From Amoebophrya sp. A120 (Eukaryota; Protista; Dinoflagellata), in the NCBI GenBank assembly GCA_905178155.1, contig CAJINV010000009.1, positions 855,415 through 919,414 of the forward strand: DNA of 64,000 nucleotides, given 5' to 3'. Both the position numbers and the translations under genes were made by a program. Shown here piece after piece: positions 1 to 11,093 of the stretch. The stretch's first letter is position 1. Every line of letters begins with the position of its first letter. Below the pieces are notes generated by a model. It was not told where the DNA came from, made no database searches, and saw only the letters and a list, made by a program, of their open reading frames with translations.

Positions 1-660
1 GTTGTGCGATGGGCATTGCGCGATGGACATTGGACGGCGGACAGTGGGCGACTGGGCGATGGACATTGGGCGATGGGCGAACTCCCAGAAGCTTGTGAAA
101 GTTTGGAAATTACAAAAAAAGTTTCGACGTGGGCGGTTTTCTTTCCCGTCGCAAAATTTTAACTTGCGCAGCTCAGCAATAGGAGTTATATAGCGACGCC
201 GGAGCCGACGACTTCGGTCACTCAGAGGCGTGCTTTGGACGCGTCCTGGCAACATATGCAATTCGTGCGGTTTTGTGCATAATTTTTGCGCTTTCATCAA
301 AAAACGCGCTTCAGTCGGAAAGCATGTAAAATTGTTGCGCTTCATAAATGTTAGCTAGACGGCAGGGAATATTTCGCCATGACAAAACAGGCATCGCCTG
401 CGTTGCAAAGAAAGCGAAAACGTTGCCCCGCCGATTTTCAAAAAAGACCCTAAGAGCACAAATAGCATGCACAAAAGCACAAATCCGCATAGGGAATTCC
501 GGCTGTCGCCGATTGCTTGATCGTCGGCCCTTGCCAGCACGAGTTGCCTGCTAGCTAGTGGCCGCCACGAGTTACCCTTACCTGGCTAGGGGGCTCGTGC
601 GTGGCGACCAGTCTCGGCCGCCCGCAAAACTTTCGCGCTTACAGTCCCGAGTTAGTTGAT
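1..660. repeat. GC-rich non-coding segment with degenerate GCGATGG(A/G)CATTG repeats; probably the interior of an element truncated by the window edge
   Basis: Short repeats at 6-80; no credible ORF; style resembles the cargo at 27.7-31.3 kb and 60.5-63.3 kb. Confidence 0.35.
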
Positions 661-1085
661 TTGATTGTTACCGCGCTCCAAATACAAATAGATAGCTCAA
701 GTTCAAAAGTTCATCTCCATCGGAGTTTTTCTTTGTAATTGAAACCAGTGCGGCCACAAACATGATCAGAACGTGTTGGATGGACGCGCAACCGTGTCGG
801 GTATAAGAAAGTGAACAAGTTCTAGTCTGCTTTTCTTTTGTTTTTCGTATGTCAACAACATTGAAGAGAAACAATAGGAATCGCGAAGATGAGAGAAGAT
901 CGGAATAAAGGTCCAAAATTTGATGCGATTCAGAATCTATCAGACTCAGAGCTCTAGGAAAAATGAATCAATTACATGGACATAGCGGTCAAAATATACG
1001 TGGAAATTACGCCTGCCTTCGCCGTACGACCATCGTCGGTCAGTTTCTCCGTCGAGACCCAGCATTTTCGCCAGGCTTTGATTTT

Positions 1086-2880
1086 CTAATAGGGCCGTCC
1101 TCTTGATGACGACAAACTTCCTCCCCTGCCCAGATTGTGCGGTTGGAACGAGCTGACACTCATCCGGGGATTATTAGTGCCCGACGTTGATGCCGATGCG
1201 CCCTGCTCCGGAAAGGTCGTGCTCTGTGTGGTTGCAAAACTGCTACTCATGCGGTGCAAGTTTTTTAGCCCCGGCGGAGCGCCCAGTGAAGGGAGCTCTG
1301 CAGCAGTGGCAGTTCGTCTTGGTGGACGGAATGCTAAAACGTGCATGTTCTGAACATTAGCAGGAGCGGACGAGTCGGTAACGTTTTCTTGCAAATCGGG
1401 AGAGATGTTGGTGGTCGGCTTGTCATCGTCCTGGTTTATTTCGATTCTTGCAATATCCGCGCTTCGTCCGTTGATGTTTTCATTTTCATTTTCTGGTAAT
1501 GGTAATGCGAGAAGCGCTTGCAGAGCCTTTCGGTTTCCGATGTCGAATAGGTTCTCCTTGCCGTCGAACATGTCTAGCAGTTTTTTCTTCGCATCCTCCG
1601 CAAACAGCACCGTGGAAAACACGCAGGTGTTGGGTGGGGCACAAAAACTACCTCTGTTCTTCAACATTGTCGCACTGGAAAATGATGTCGCGTTCGCTAC
1701 TTTTCCATGATTTTCACTGTCCCGCGCAGCTCCGCCAGCGGATCCCGCAGCCGAGATGGCGTTGTTCTTGTTCATCGATTCTCGGGAAGAGAACAAAGAG
1801 CCTTCTTTTTTCGTGTGCTCCGCGTACGCAAGCAGCCGCATCATTCCGTCGTTGTCCGGATTGTTCAAGGTCCTGCACCAGTGGACGTACGCCGGGCTTC
1901 GCTGCAGGATTCGCTCGAACGTGACGCCCTCGTGCTTCCCCCACGTACAGACTTCAAGCCCGCGGTTCGCGTCCGCAAAGGCCACAAGCCTTTCCACCTG
2001 GGGCTCATTCTGCTTGCCCTGAGCCACCTGCTGCCGGCAGTAGTCGATGTATCCGCCGTATCCAACAAAAAAACTGTGTTAGTGTGACTATCTTTGGCTG
2101 ACAGCATCACAAATTTGCTCTACATGTTGACAGGGAAAACCTGTCATGCTTCGTTGTAAGGGAAAGCACAGATGAAAAGAGGACTGCGTGGCTGTCTGGC
2201 ATGACGGGTGTAACTCTGTTGCATGTTCTGCATCACAGATTTACACTTACTTACACAGTTTTTTTCTTGCATACGCCGCACGTCTGCACGATCTGCGAGA
2301 ACAGCTTGCCGCGGTGCTGCCCGAACCCACACTGTTCGTCGGTATTTTTAGGCACAGCTGTGGCGTTTTCGCTATCGGTTGCTCCCGACGCGTTTGCTTC
2401 ATCGGCGGGAACCGTAACCGACGATCCGCATCTGGCTCCTGGCTTTTCATTCACTTCCTCCTGCTTCTTCACGCCAGGGTATTCTGCTGGCTGGAAATTC
2501 CTGTCGGCCAAAATGCGCTCCCGCCAGATGGGCACGTCGCGGGAAAGGGTGACGATCGTCGGTGCGCTCGCAGAAGAGAAGTTTCCGTGGTAACCGGCTG
2601 GAATAATCGAGATGTACGGGTGGAAAAATTTACAAGTCCCGTCCGCTGCGCCAGGGCAATGCCCGCCAGTCTGCATGTGCTTCCAACAGGTGCCGGGCCC
2701 GTGGTTTTTCTTTGCGTTGGAAACGAAGCTCTGCTTACGACTCGCCCAGGATTTCGTGCGGTCGGTCCAGGAACTGTTTGCCGATGCTGCGTTGGAACTT
2801 GCTTTGCCTTTACCTTTAGCGAAGGAGCTGGTACCAGCGCCGCCGCCGCGCCGACCACCTGCACCAACGCGAACTACCAT
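1086..2880 (-). CDS. CCCH-type zinc finger protein with two FGKHKG-type (ExoX-C/DUF3820-like) repeats; 2 exons, 220-nt introner intron
   Basis: ORFs 2251-2880 and 1086-2027 join in frame (IVQTCGGYIDYCRQQ) after removing 2059-2273 plus one CGCCG. Motifs: CWKHMQTGGHCPGAADGTCKFFHP, CGFGQHRGKLF, CTWGKHEGVTF. C-terminus RGRPY. Confidence 0.75.
2059..2273. mobile_element. Introner, family A; TSD CGCCG
   Basis: Ends TATCCAACAAAAAAACTGTGT / ACACAGTTTTTTTCTTGCATA. CGCCG at 2054-2058 and 2274-2278. Confidence 0.9.
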
Positions 2881-3768
2881 CTTCGGCAGACTGATCTGTT
2901 TCCTCGTTTATCAGGCAAAATCATGTACGAAAAGAAAAACTTTGTGGTTCATTTTGCTTATACTTCCCCTACTTCGGAAATTATAGAGCTCACTAAAATG
3001 AAACGAGTCGACAACGAAATTGATGAGGATCAATCGATGCTCGTGCCCGAGGCGAAGAAAATCCAATTTTCTCATCGATACTTTTTCGTCTTTTCCGGCG
3101 CAGCTCACCAACCCTTCACAGGCGTCGCTCATGTTTTTATGACGACTCGCTCTTTCTCCATGCATGCCTTCGCACAAGCCATCGAATCTTGATTCAAGTA
3201 ACAAGACAAACACGACACACACTTCAAGTCGAACTCTAGAGGAAAGCGCGCGGCTTTTTTCGTGTTCGATTCCTGCATCAAGCCCGCACTGTGGATTGAT
3301 GTTGCTGCTGCTAATTGCCGGGTGAAGCAATGGCATTCAGGCTAGCTGTACGGGTCTTCAGATTCATTGTACAGGACCGGTCTACATAGATCGCTTTTAT
3401 TTTTTTGTGGGGACAGCGACAGTAATTCATCCATAGGTTTACGCCTACGCATTCAGTGTGAAACGGGAGATTTATGTGCTAGGTTAACGTCAATGTGGAA
3501 CTTCGATAATTGATATAATAACGCTGACTTCATCCCGAAATGGATATGGAGGTGCTTGTGTGTAGAAATCTTCATGACAGGCGCTTTTCTAGTTGTATCG
3601 ACAATGCCGTGTAATGTAGATGATGACGTCAGGCTCAGGGTCAGCTTCCTTTAGGTATAGCGTTAGCTTTTCCAGCACGTTCACGTTGATGCAGCGTTCA
3701 CTTGTTTCATTCTGTCTATCGTTCCTTGCCAAGCGGGTATTTCATCTGCAACAAGTAAGAGATCATGA

Positions 3769-4623
3769 TCAATATGGTCGAGCACGCGACGGCGCGCCTC
3801 CACTAGTCCCGCCGAAATGGAAAGGACCGGCGGTGTTCTGGCCTATTGCGTCCAGCATGCGCGCAATCTGGGGGTCAAAGAAGTCCCGCCGCCCGTTGAA
3901 TATGTCGATCAGTTTTTCTTTTGCCTCGGCGGGTTTCAGATTACTGTAGAAAACAAGCCCACGAGCAGCACCACCGCTGCCAGAACTCCCTACTGGCATG
4001 GCAGCTGCCTCCGCGTCTGCGTATGCGATGAGTCGCTGCATGCCCTTGGTTGGGTTCTCGCACTTATTCTTGCACCAGTCAATGTAGCTCGGTGCGGTTT
4101 TCAAAATTTGCTCGAACGAAGTGCCCTTGTGCTTTCCGAAAGTGCACATCTCCAAGCCGCGGTTGGCGTCCGCGAAGGCGACCAGGCGACCCATGGCATT
4201 GTTGCTGCCCGACACGTTTTCCCGGCAGAAATCGACGTAATCGTGTTCGGATTTCACGATCTCGGAGAACAGCTTGCCTTTGTGTTTTCCAAAGCTACAC
4301 TCTTCGTCCTCAGGAGGCTCCTCTGTTTCATCCTCGGCTTGTTCTTCCTCGAGATCTCTGGGATTCATCTTGAACTGTTTATTCGCGAGGATCTTCGTAC
4401 GCCACTCCGGTACATCGTGGGACATCGTGATCTTCGTATCGGCCTTGGAATTATCGTCGCTGTTCATGGCCGTAACGGTCATGTAGGGGTGTTTGAAGGT
4501 GCACATACCTAACATCGGATCGCAACCACCTTCCATCTCTAGGTAGTCCCAGCACACGCCGACACCCTTGCTCTGCACACCTTCGGCGATGTAGCCCGCT
4601 TTCCACTCCTCGAAGCCGGACAT
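3769..4623 (-). CDS. Intronless paralog of the 1086-2880 gene (CCCH finger plus two FGKHKG repeats)
   Basis: Motifs CWDYLEMEGGCDPMLGMCTFKHP, CSFGKHKGKLFSEIV, CTFGKHKGTSF. Shares RLVAFADANRGLE with the paralog. Ends RARPY. Start taken at the ATG of MSGFEEW. Confidence 0.8.
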   Translation of the reverse strand: MSGFEEWKAGYIAEGVQSKGVGVCWDYLEMEGGCDPMLGMCTFKHPYMTVTAMNSDDNSKADTKITMSHDVPEWRTKILANKQFKMNPRDLEEEQAEDETEEPPEDEECSFGKHKGKLFSEIVKSEHDYVDFCRENVSGSNNAMGRLVAFADANRGLEMCTFGKHKGTSFEQILKTAPSYIDWCKNKCENPTKGMQRLIAYADAEAAAMPVGSSGSGGAARGLVFYSNLKPAEAKEKLIDIFNGRRDFFDPQIARMLDAIGQNTAGPFHFGGTSGGAPSRARPY

Positions 4624-5427
4624 TTTTGTCAGTAATGGCTGATAAATCGTCGAAATAGGACAAAATAAGATACGTCGTTGTAGTAACAAGGTTCGGGTTT
4701 ATCAAAGCGAATGCTTACTGTTAAGTTCTACAACTACAGGACGAATGTACTTTCTTATGTTTTTCTTTTTGCTTGGATGACGTTGATAAATCTCGACGTG
4801 ATTTCATCCGCTGCGAAAGAGAAAATCGAAGCGACAAGAATGCACTCGCTGGGTCGCGGCGACGATTTCTCTAATTCTGTCTCGACGTGGTCGTTTGTGT
4901 GATCAGGATCCTTTTTTTCATCAAGGGGAATAAAAACGAATCAGATCTTGTTCACGGGGGTGGTGAGAGACCACGATTACCATTTAGATGAAGCAAAACG
5001 ATACACCTTTCAATACATTCATAGTGCGTCGTCGTCAAGAGGCTAGAAGGTTTTTTAAGGTTTTCATCCCATCGGATTTCTTATCCTTGCAGTAGAAGCG
5101 AAGGACTTCATGAGGGAGCCCTACTTTTAGTTTTCTTTTACTATAGTCCGCCGTGATCTCTATCGCCGTTGCCGCATGCATCTTCAGCATCTCTCGACAA
5201 TAGAACATGTTCCCGACGGTTGTCGCCGTGCTGAGTACTATTGTACCAGCAGGAATTGCTTCTATCCGTATCTTCGCAAATAAGCTTGAATATGGCTTTG
5301 CTTTCCTTTCGAAGTAGAATGATATAAATGAATGGGCATGCCATTTGCATTTGGTGCGTTCCAGTTCCTGTTGCACTGATATAAAAAGGATCAAACTAGA
5401 TCATATCCCAACGCGCCTATGGATGAC

Positions 5428-5570
5428 GCAATCAGATCCCGAGGCACCACAAGATCCACGACAGCGCCAATCAGAAGATTCCGAGGCACACACAGATCCG
5501 AGCCACCACAAGATCCCCCCGCACCAATCAGATCCCGAGGCACCACAAGATCCAGGACAGCGCTGAGACT
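5428..5570. repeat. Short degenerate tandem repeat (CAATCAGATCCCGAGGCACCACAAGATCCA-like, about 3-4 copies)
   Basis: Copies near 5429, 5468, 5495 and 5525; overlaps the 3' end of the long ORF. Confidence 0.6.
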
Positions 5571-8500
5571 GAGAGTTCGTCATATTTGTCAATGTTGAAG
5601 CGCTGGCGGGCAATGTCCGAAGGCAGCTCTAAAGTCCACAACAGGCGATCGCGCAGCGTGCGCTTGCGTCGCGGCTGCCGCCACCAGGTAACGAACTTCC
5701 AGGGATAGATGTACTCGATGCCGGGACAGTCGTTCTCCTCATCTTGTCGCTTGTCTTTTTTGTTTCTCTTCGGGTTGTTCGTGTTTTTCACGATGAACTT
5801 GCGCCTATCCGGCAGTTCTTTTTGCTTGCGGAGCAACTCCTCGCTTCTCCCCATGCGGTGTTCCCAATTTTGATATCCAAGAGACAGCTTCTGCAGCCAT
5901 TTTCGCAGATGCTGCCGCCGCACTCTTCTCTGCCGGAAAATTTCGTCCTTTGACAAGCCCTTCGTGACCCAGGAATCGGGAACACGGTTCGCGCGGCGAA
6001 GGTTCAACTCGCCATACTGGAGATACTTTTCTTCTTTCAATTCTTTGAGAAACTCGATCGCACGCTCCTTGCGCTCCGCCAAAAAGTCCACTTCCAGCTG
6101 GATCTGGATTTTCTTAGATTCCTGTTCAGCCAATGCTCCTGCTCTTGGTGCAGTAGTAGCTGAAGCAATAGTTGCAGAAGTCGGATCTTTTTTCGTGCTA
6201 CCACCGTGTGTAGTTCTTGCGCTCCCGTGAATATCGCCGAGCGCTGGCACGTCAGCATCTCCGCTTTGGACGAGCACAGTGTCTGTTCCTTTCGATTGCT
6301 GCTTGTCCTCATTAGTGGCGCCACCAGCATCATCTCGAGCACCACGCTGGGACAGCTGCGGAACAATCGCGTCATGATCTGTATCTGGTTTGGCATCGTC
6401 CGGCATTTGGTCGTGAAATTGCGGGAGCCCGCCCACCTGTTTGATTTTGAGCAAGACGTTTTCCGCTTGCTCGACCTTCGACTTTGTCACGACCCCGGCA
6501 CGCCTCCTGTCCCCACCATTCAGCTCCAACAAATCTTGACGGTAGATTGCGAACGGGACGGTGCGCCCGTCGTTCCTGACATGCCGGGCGCCGAGCTTGC
6601 AGTGCAGCGGGCCGCCTTTTCCGCCTCCCTTTCTGCCTCTGTAATTTCCCCCACCAGCTGCCCGGTCGGAAGAAGCGGGGTTTTTGCGGGAAATGCGCTG
6701 CTTTACCAAATGGCAGGCTTTTATGGTCAGCTCTTTCCAATTGGAGGAGACTTTCGGCAGCTTCCGCATCGGACTCCTTGTCCCGCTCAGATCCCCTGCT
6801 CCAGAACTGGATGAAGACTCAACCAGCGCCGATTTGGCATGCGCAGCGACCTCGTCCTTCTGCTTGTCTCCGGAGGGTGCTCCAGCTAATGGAGGCGCTT
6901 TTCCTTTTCCTTTTCCGTTCGCCTTGGCACCATCCTCCCGGCGATTCGCGCTGTCCGTTTCTTCATCATCTTGCGTCTCACTTGTCTCACTTTCAGAGGA
7001 CTCCTCCGAGGCGACTTCGTCCACTGCTGACACTTCGACTTCCTCGTCGATCTCGCTATCGTCAGCGGAACTTCCATCATCTTCATCGCCAATCTCTGCC
7101 AACGTGAACGTCTCGTTTCTGAAATCAATAGACTTGGACAGGTGGTCGTATTTCTCTCGCCGCTTTTTCTGTTCCTCCTGCTCATCTTCCAGTGCAGCGC
7201 GCTTTTTTTGCTTTTCGTGGTCTCGCTTCTGCTGCAAGTGGAAAACGTCGGAGGACTCCCACTCGTACGTGAACTGTAACGGTTCGAAAATGAATCCGCG
7301 AGTGACATTTGCGAGGAGCCAAAAAGTTATGGCGTTCCAGATTTGTTCGCCGATCCTGTTGAAGCCGGTCATCGTTCGGAAAAACCAGAGAAGCAAGTCA
7401 CCGGCGGAGCCATTTTGCAGTCCGAGGTTGACCAGCCAATGCAAGACGGGACGCTGCAGCGACTCGAGTAACAGGAAGTACCAAAGGGGGAAAACGAAAA
7501 ACGCCGCAGGTACCCAGTACCAAAGCCAGTTAAGCGACGCCTCGACGGACCAGTCATAGGCACTCCTAGACTTCTGCTGCAACCAATCGAGGGCTTCTAG
7601 CTGTCTTTCCGATGGTGGTTCTTGCTGACATCCGCAAAGTGCGCGAATTTTGTTTGCCCAGAAATCGACCGTGCAGTATCTGTCGTAGACCCCGATGTAA
7701 ACCTGGAGGCGAATTCGGCACAGAACGGAAAAGAAAAGAACGCAGTGTAGTCCTATTTCAGCCAGCCAACAGCTAAGCGCGTCCGGGTAAACAAGTGCAC
7801 CAAGCGAAAAATAATCTACACTGTGACTTGTTGCAGTTTCAGCGTTCATCGCGAGTTCATCTCCAGCTCCGCCACCTCGTGCAGAAGCAGAAATCATCCC
7901 TGGAAAATAAATCGCGAACATGAGAAGGCTCTTCGCCTGTCCAAGGGACCACCAAAGAATGGACAAGATCACAGATGCTACAGCCAGGCGGGAGGTTGCC
8001 AGCAGCCATCGCACGCGGCCACGCTTCTTGATGAGGTTCCAGCGCCAGGTGAGATAAGGTTTGTCAAGAAACAGCGGAGCCATTTCGGTGTCGTCAACTA
8101 TTGCGCCATCTTCATACCGAATACTCGCGGCACACGCCGGCGTGAAGCGATAGAACCGAGCCCCGTCTTCCTCTTCCTCCTGTCTCTCGAGCCAGGATTC
8201 GCCCCGGTACGACGCAAGGCCCAACAGCTCGGAAAAGAAAGTATTGCGTTGCAGAAATCGCGCGAAGCGGAGTAGCCAGGATGGAGCTGGGCTGCAGCCG
8301 TTCGTGGTCGTTGAAGTTACATTTACTGCGATAGATTTTTCGTCGACCGAGATGCTTGCGACATTTCCGTTGCAACCAGGGGTGTCAACGATCGCTTCCT
8401 GATCTGGCGTACTTTCGTATTCGTTTTCTGCGTTGTTCCGCCCCTCTGCATTAGCAGTTCCATCTCCATTCGTCCGCGGAGGAGTAGCAGCATCCTCTGT

Positions 8501-8935
8501 AGCAACCTCCTGAACCTCGTCATCAGAGGCAGATGTGGTCGGGGTTTGCTGCAATTGCTCATCCGCTGGCTGTGCAATGCCTTCTCCGTCTTTTCCTTTT
8601 CCTTTAGCCTTGCCGCCTCCTCCACCCTTCTCGCGCGCCCCGACTGTTCGCGCGGTCGGCGTTTCCTCATTGCGTCTGCTACCTTTAGGTCCTTTGCCCT
8701 TCCCCTTAGCCCTCCCCCGGCTCACTTCCAGATCCCGCTCCTTTTCCTCCCGCCGAGCCTCGAGGTACTGCTGTTGGAATTTGGATCCCAAAAAATCCGC
8801 CGGCGGTCCGTCCTCTTTCACGCGGTTCAGGCAGTCGAAGAAGTCGGCGCGGCTCACTTGACTCAATGCGTCCAATTCAGCGTAGTAGTTTTTGGCGGCA
8901 TCCAAGAGCAAGGAAAAATCCTGAGCCAACTTCAA
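5528..8935 (-). CDS. Large multi-pass membrane hypothetical protein; 5' end probably extends upstream
   Basis: 1135-aa ORF with several hydrophobic segments and acidic/basic low-complexity tracts. The frame stays open upstream of the TTG (RYHFGQKLVREQLFGKVF). Confidence 0.65.
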   Translation of the reverse strand: MKLAQDFSLLLDAAKNYYAELDALSQVSRADFFDCLNRVKEDGPPADFLGSKFQQQYLEARREEKERDLEVSRGRAKGKGKGPKGSRRNEETPTARTVGAREKGGGGGKAKGKGKDGEGIAQPADEQLQQTPTTSASDDEVQEVATEDAATPPRTNGDGTANAEGRNNAENEYESTPDQEAIVDTPGCNGNVASISVDEKSIAVNVTSTTTNGCSPAPSWLLRFARFLQRNTFFSELLGLASYRGESWLERQEEEEDGARFYRFTPACAASIRYEDGAIVDDTEMAPLFLDKPYLTWRWNLIKKRGRVRWLLATSRLAVASVILSILWWSLGQAKSLLMFAIYFPGMISASARGGGAGDELAMNAETATSHSVDYFSLGALVYPDALSCWLAEIGLHCVLFFSVLCRIRLQVYIGVYDRYCTVDFWANKIRALCGCQQEPPSERQLEALDWLQQKSRSAYDWSVEASLNWLWYWVPAAFFVFPLWYFLLLESLQRPVLHWLVNLGLQNGSAGDLLLWFFRTMTGFNRIGEQIWNAITFWLLANVTRGFIFEPLQFTYEWESSDVFHLQQKRDHEKQKKRAALEDEQEEQKKRREKYDHLSKSIDFRNETFTLAEIGDEDDGSSADDSEIDEEVEVSAVDEVASEESSESETSETQDDEETDSANRREDGAKANGKGKGKAPPLAGAPSGDKQKDEVAAHAKSALVESSSSSGAGDLSGTRSPMRKLPKVSSNWKELTIKACHLVKQRISRKNPASSDRAAGGGNYRGRKGGGKGGPLHCKLGARHVRNDGRTVPFAIYRQDLLELNGGDRRRAGVVTKSKVEQAENVLLKIKQVGGLPQFHDQMPDDAKPDTDHDAIVPQLSQRGARDDAGGATNEDKQQSKGTDTVLVQSGDADVPALGDIHGSARTTHGGSTKKDPTSATIASATTAPRAGALAEQESKKIQIQLEVDFLAERKERAIEFLKELKEEKYLQYGELNLRRANRVPDSWVTKGLSKDEIFRQRRVRRQHLRKWLQKLSLGYQNWEHRMGRSEELLRKQKELPDRRKFIVKNTNNPKRNKKDKRQDEENDCPGIEYIYPWKFVTWWRQPRRKRTLRDRLLWTLELPSDIARQRFNIDKYDELSVSALSWILWCLGI

Positions 8936-9279
8936 AAAAAAACCACAGAAGGTTGCTCGGCTCGCGAAAACTTTTCCGAACAGCTGCTCGCGAACGAGCT
9001 TCTGGCCGAAATGGTACCTGGTGTTGCGAAGTAGGCCACGTTTGATTCACAAGTACGTACAACTCTTGTCGGCCTTTTCTTTCATTTTTGAGAAGCCGAA
9101 GCGATACCGAAGTTCATCTTCTGCGCCTCTTTTCTTTATTTGTATGCCTGTTCAGAAGATGAAGCTTAAGCCCAAGGCAGGGTCTAGAAGTGTTTTTGCC
9201 GAATCAATAGGAATAAGAAGAAGAACAAGCTCGCGGGAGCAGCGCAATATGGAACATATCAAGCATCAGCGAGTCTGAG

Positions 9280-10002
9280 TCATGTATTGTACCTAGCGTA
9301 GTCCTGCAGCCACTCGCAGTTGTAGTCAGCCTGTTCCAAAATGCCCCAAACATCTGGAAAGCCACACACCCGATGGCCCAAGAGGTGAAAATGAGGCTGG
9401 CACTTCCCACCCATGGTTGCAAAAATTTTGGAATTCCACTTGTGCTGCAACTTTTCCGGAAACAGAACCGGGATCGAAATCGCGACGCTAAAGGTGAGGC
9501 CGAGACACAGCCACTCGGTGCCCGTGTAAGAAGTGCTGGTCCTCCAACAGAGAATCAGCAGAGCCGGTGTGAACAACGTGAGGATCTGCAGTAGATGCCG
9601 GTAGGGTGCGAGAAAACTCAAGCGGGACGCAGTGTAGTCGCTTGTTCCGGGAAGCACGTTTTTGTTTCTAGCAATTTTTTCAGCGAATTCGGCGTCTGTC
9701 ACACTTCTGCTGTTGATGGCAGCGATCACATCGTCGCCTTTCAATATGCGCTGGTTTTGCTCTTGCGTTAAAACCACACGCCATGGTAGCAGATTTCTTT
9801 GAAGCGGAATCCAGATCGCGACGAGGAAAAGGAGGGCCCAAATCCCGAGGAGAATCGCTGTGAAAAGTCCGGGCGCTGCGACCTCTACTCCGCGCAACGC
9901 TGGAACAACGGACGCCGCGAGCAGGATTCCGCCTCTCTGATTCGCATTCCACCGCATCCGCATCGGTAACTGCATTTTATTTTCTTGTGTGCGTAAATGC
10001 AA
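9280..10002 (-). CDS. Membrane hypothetical protein; possibly the 5' exons of the 5528-8935 gene
   Basis: 240-aa ORF with 3-4 TM-like segments; the overlapping frame 9204-9422 continues hydrophobic sequence. Confidence 0.5.
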   Translation of the reverse strand: MHLRTQENKMQLPMRMRWNANQRGGILLAASVVPALRGVEVAAPGLFTAILLGIWALLFLVAIWIPLQRNLLPWRVVLTQEQNQRILKGDDVIAAINSRSVTDAEFAEKIARNKNVLPGTSDYTASRLSFLAPYRHLLQILTLFTPALLILCWRTSTSYTGTEWLCLGLTFSVAISIPVLFPEKLQHKWNSKIFATMGGKCQPHFHLLGHRVCGFPDVWGILEQADYNCEWLQDYARYNT

Positions 10003-11093
10003 ATTCTCTTAAACTGTTAAACTCAAACAATGACGTCTTGAAATAATAGGATTAGGTGCGAGGTCGAGAATCAAAAACAAAAAGGCATACGCCAAAAATA
10101 ATTGCATATGCATGCGAACGACGGGAAACACATCGAACGGAATGGGAATCTCACCCTGAGTAGGCCACATACACTGATCGTGGCTGTATCTTCAACATCA
10201 ACAGGAATCCACAGAATTAGGCATCCTCGTCCACATCCTGATCCTAAGATAGTAATTACTTTCTGAATCTGAAGTTCATCAGAGCCTACACACATGATTC
10301 AATGACGACACAATGCGCATAAATGAGTAACACAGGAGCGAGAAGAGCAGGCAAGGGCATTGATGTGGATCTTGTCGTGTCCGTCGTCGTTTGAGAAGAA
10401 AACGAACAAAAATAGATCCGAAAAATCGATCGTCATCTCCTGTATGCTTTTGCCAAGAGAAAACACGACTTTGTTCAGTTTGATCATTATTGGACAAGTA
10501 GCGAACAAATCAAAACCCATACCTACCTGAGCTCAACGCTGCGCGGCACATCGGAAATAACAAGCTTTTCGATTGTCTAGCTAAGGACCTCATCGCCAGG
10601 GAGGTTTTTCAGATTCTCTTCGTTTCGCAGGTGAAACCAGCAAGTTTTCTTTATACACAGAGTTCGCGACGAAAGTAGCAAGGCTTTTTTCTCATGCAAA
10701 CATACAAAAATTTCTTTTTTGTGTTTGTCAGACAGTAGACGTGATCGATGCTTTCGCGTTGTTTCGGAAGTTCAAAATTGTTTTAAACGTTCGGGCTGGT
10801 AAACATGCCGCGCAAAATTTGTCATCGTTTATCCGCCAATGAAGCGAAAGTCGAAGAAGTAGTGATGCTGATGCGCTCACTGCTCTATGGATTCTTTCTG
10901 GGGAGAAAGAGCTATCGTGTCTCTTGCCCCCATAATCGCATCAGCTACTACAACTCGTCATATTCGTCACTCCTACATCTTAATCAGTACTTTTATTCTC
11001 ATAGATGATACACAGTTATTTTTCACGATATAATCGATAGAAGTAGTACCACCTAGCATAAGTGCTAGTTCGCCTCGTGCTTCCACTTCGTCA

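Noticed and set aside
900-990. Possible right terminus (...GGACATA) of an element starting before the window
   Set aside because: The partner TIR and TSD are not visible, so it cannot be supported.
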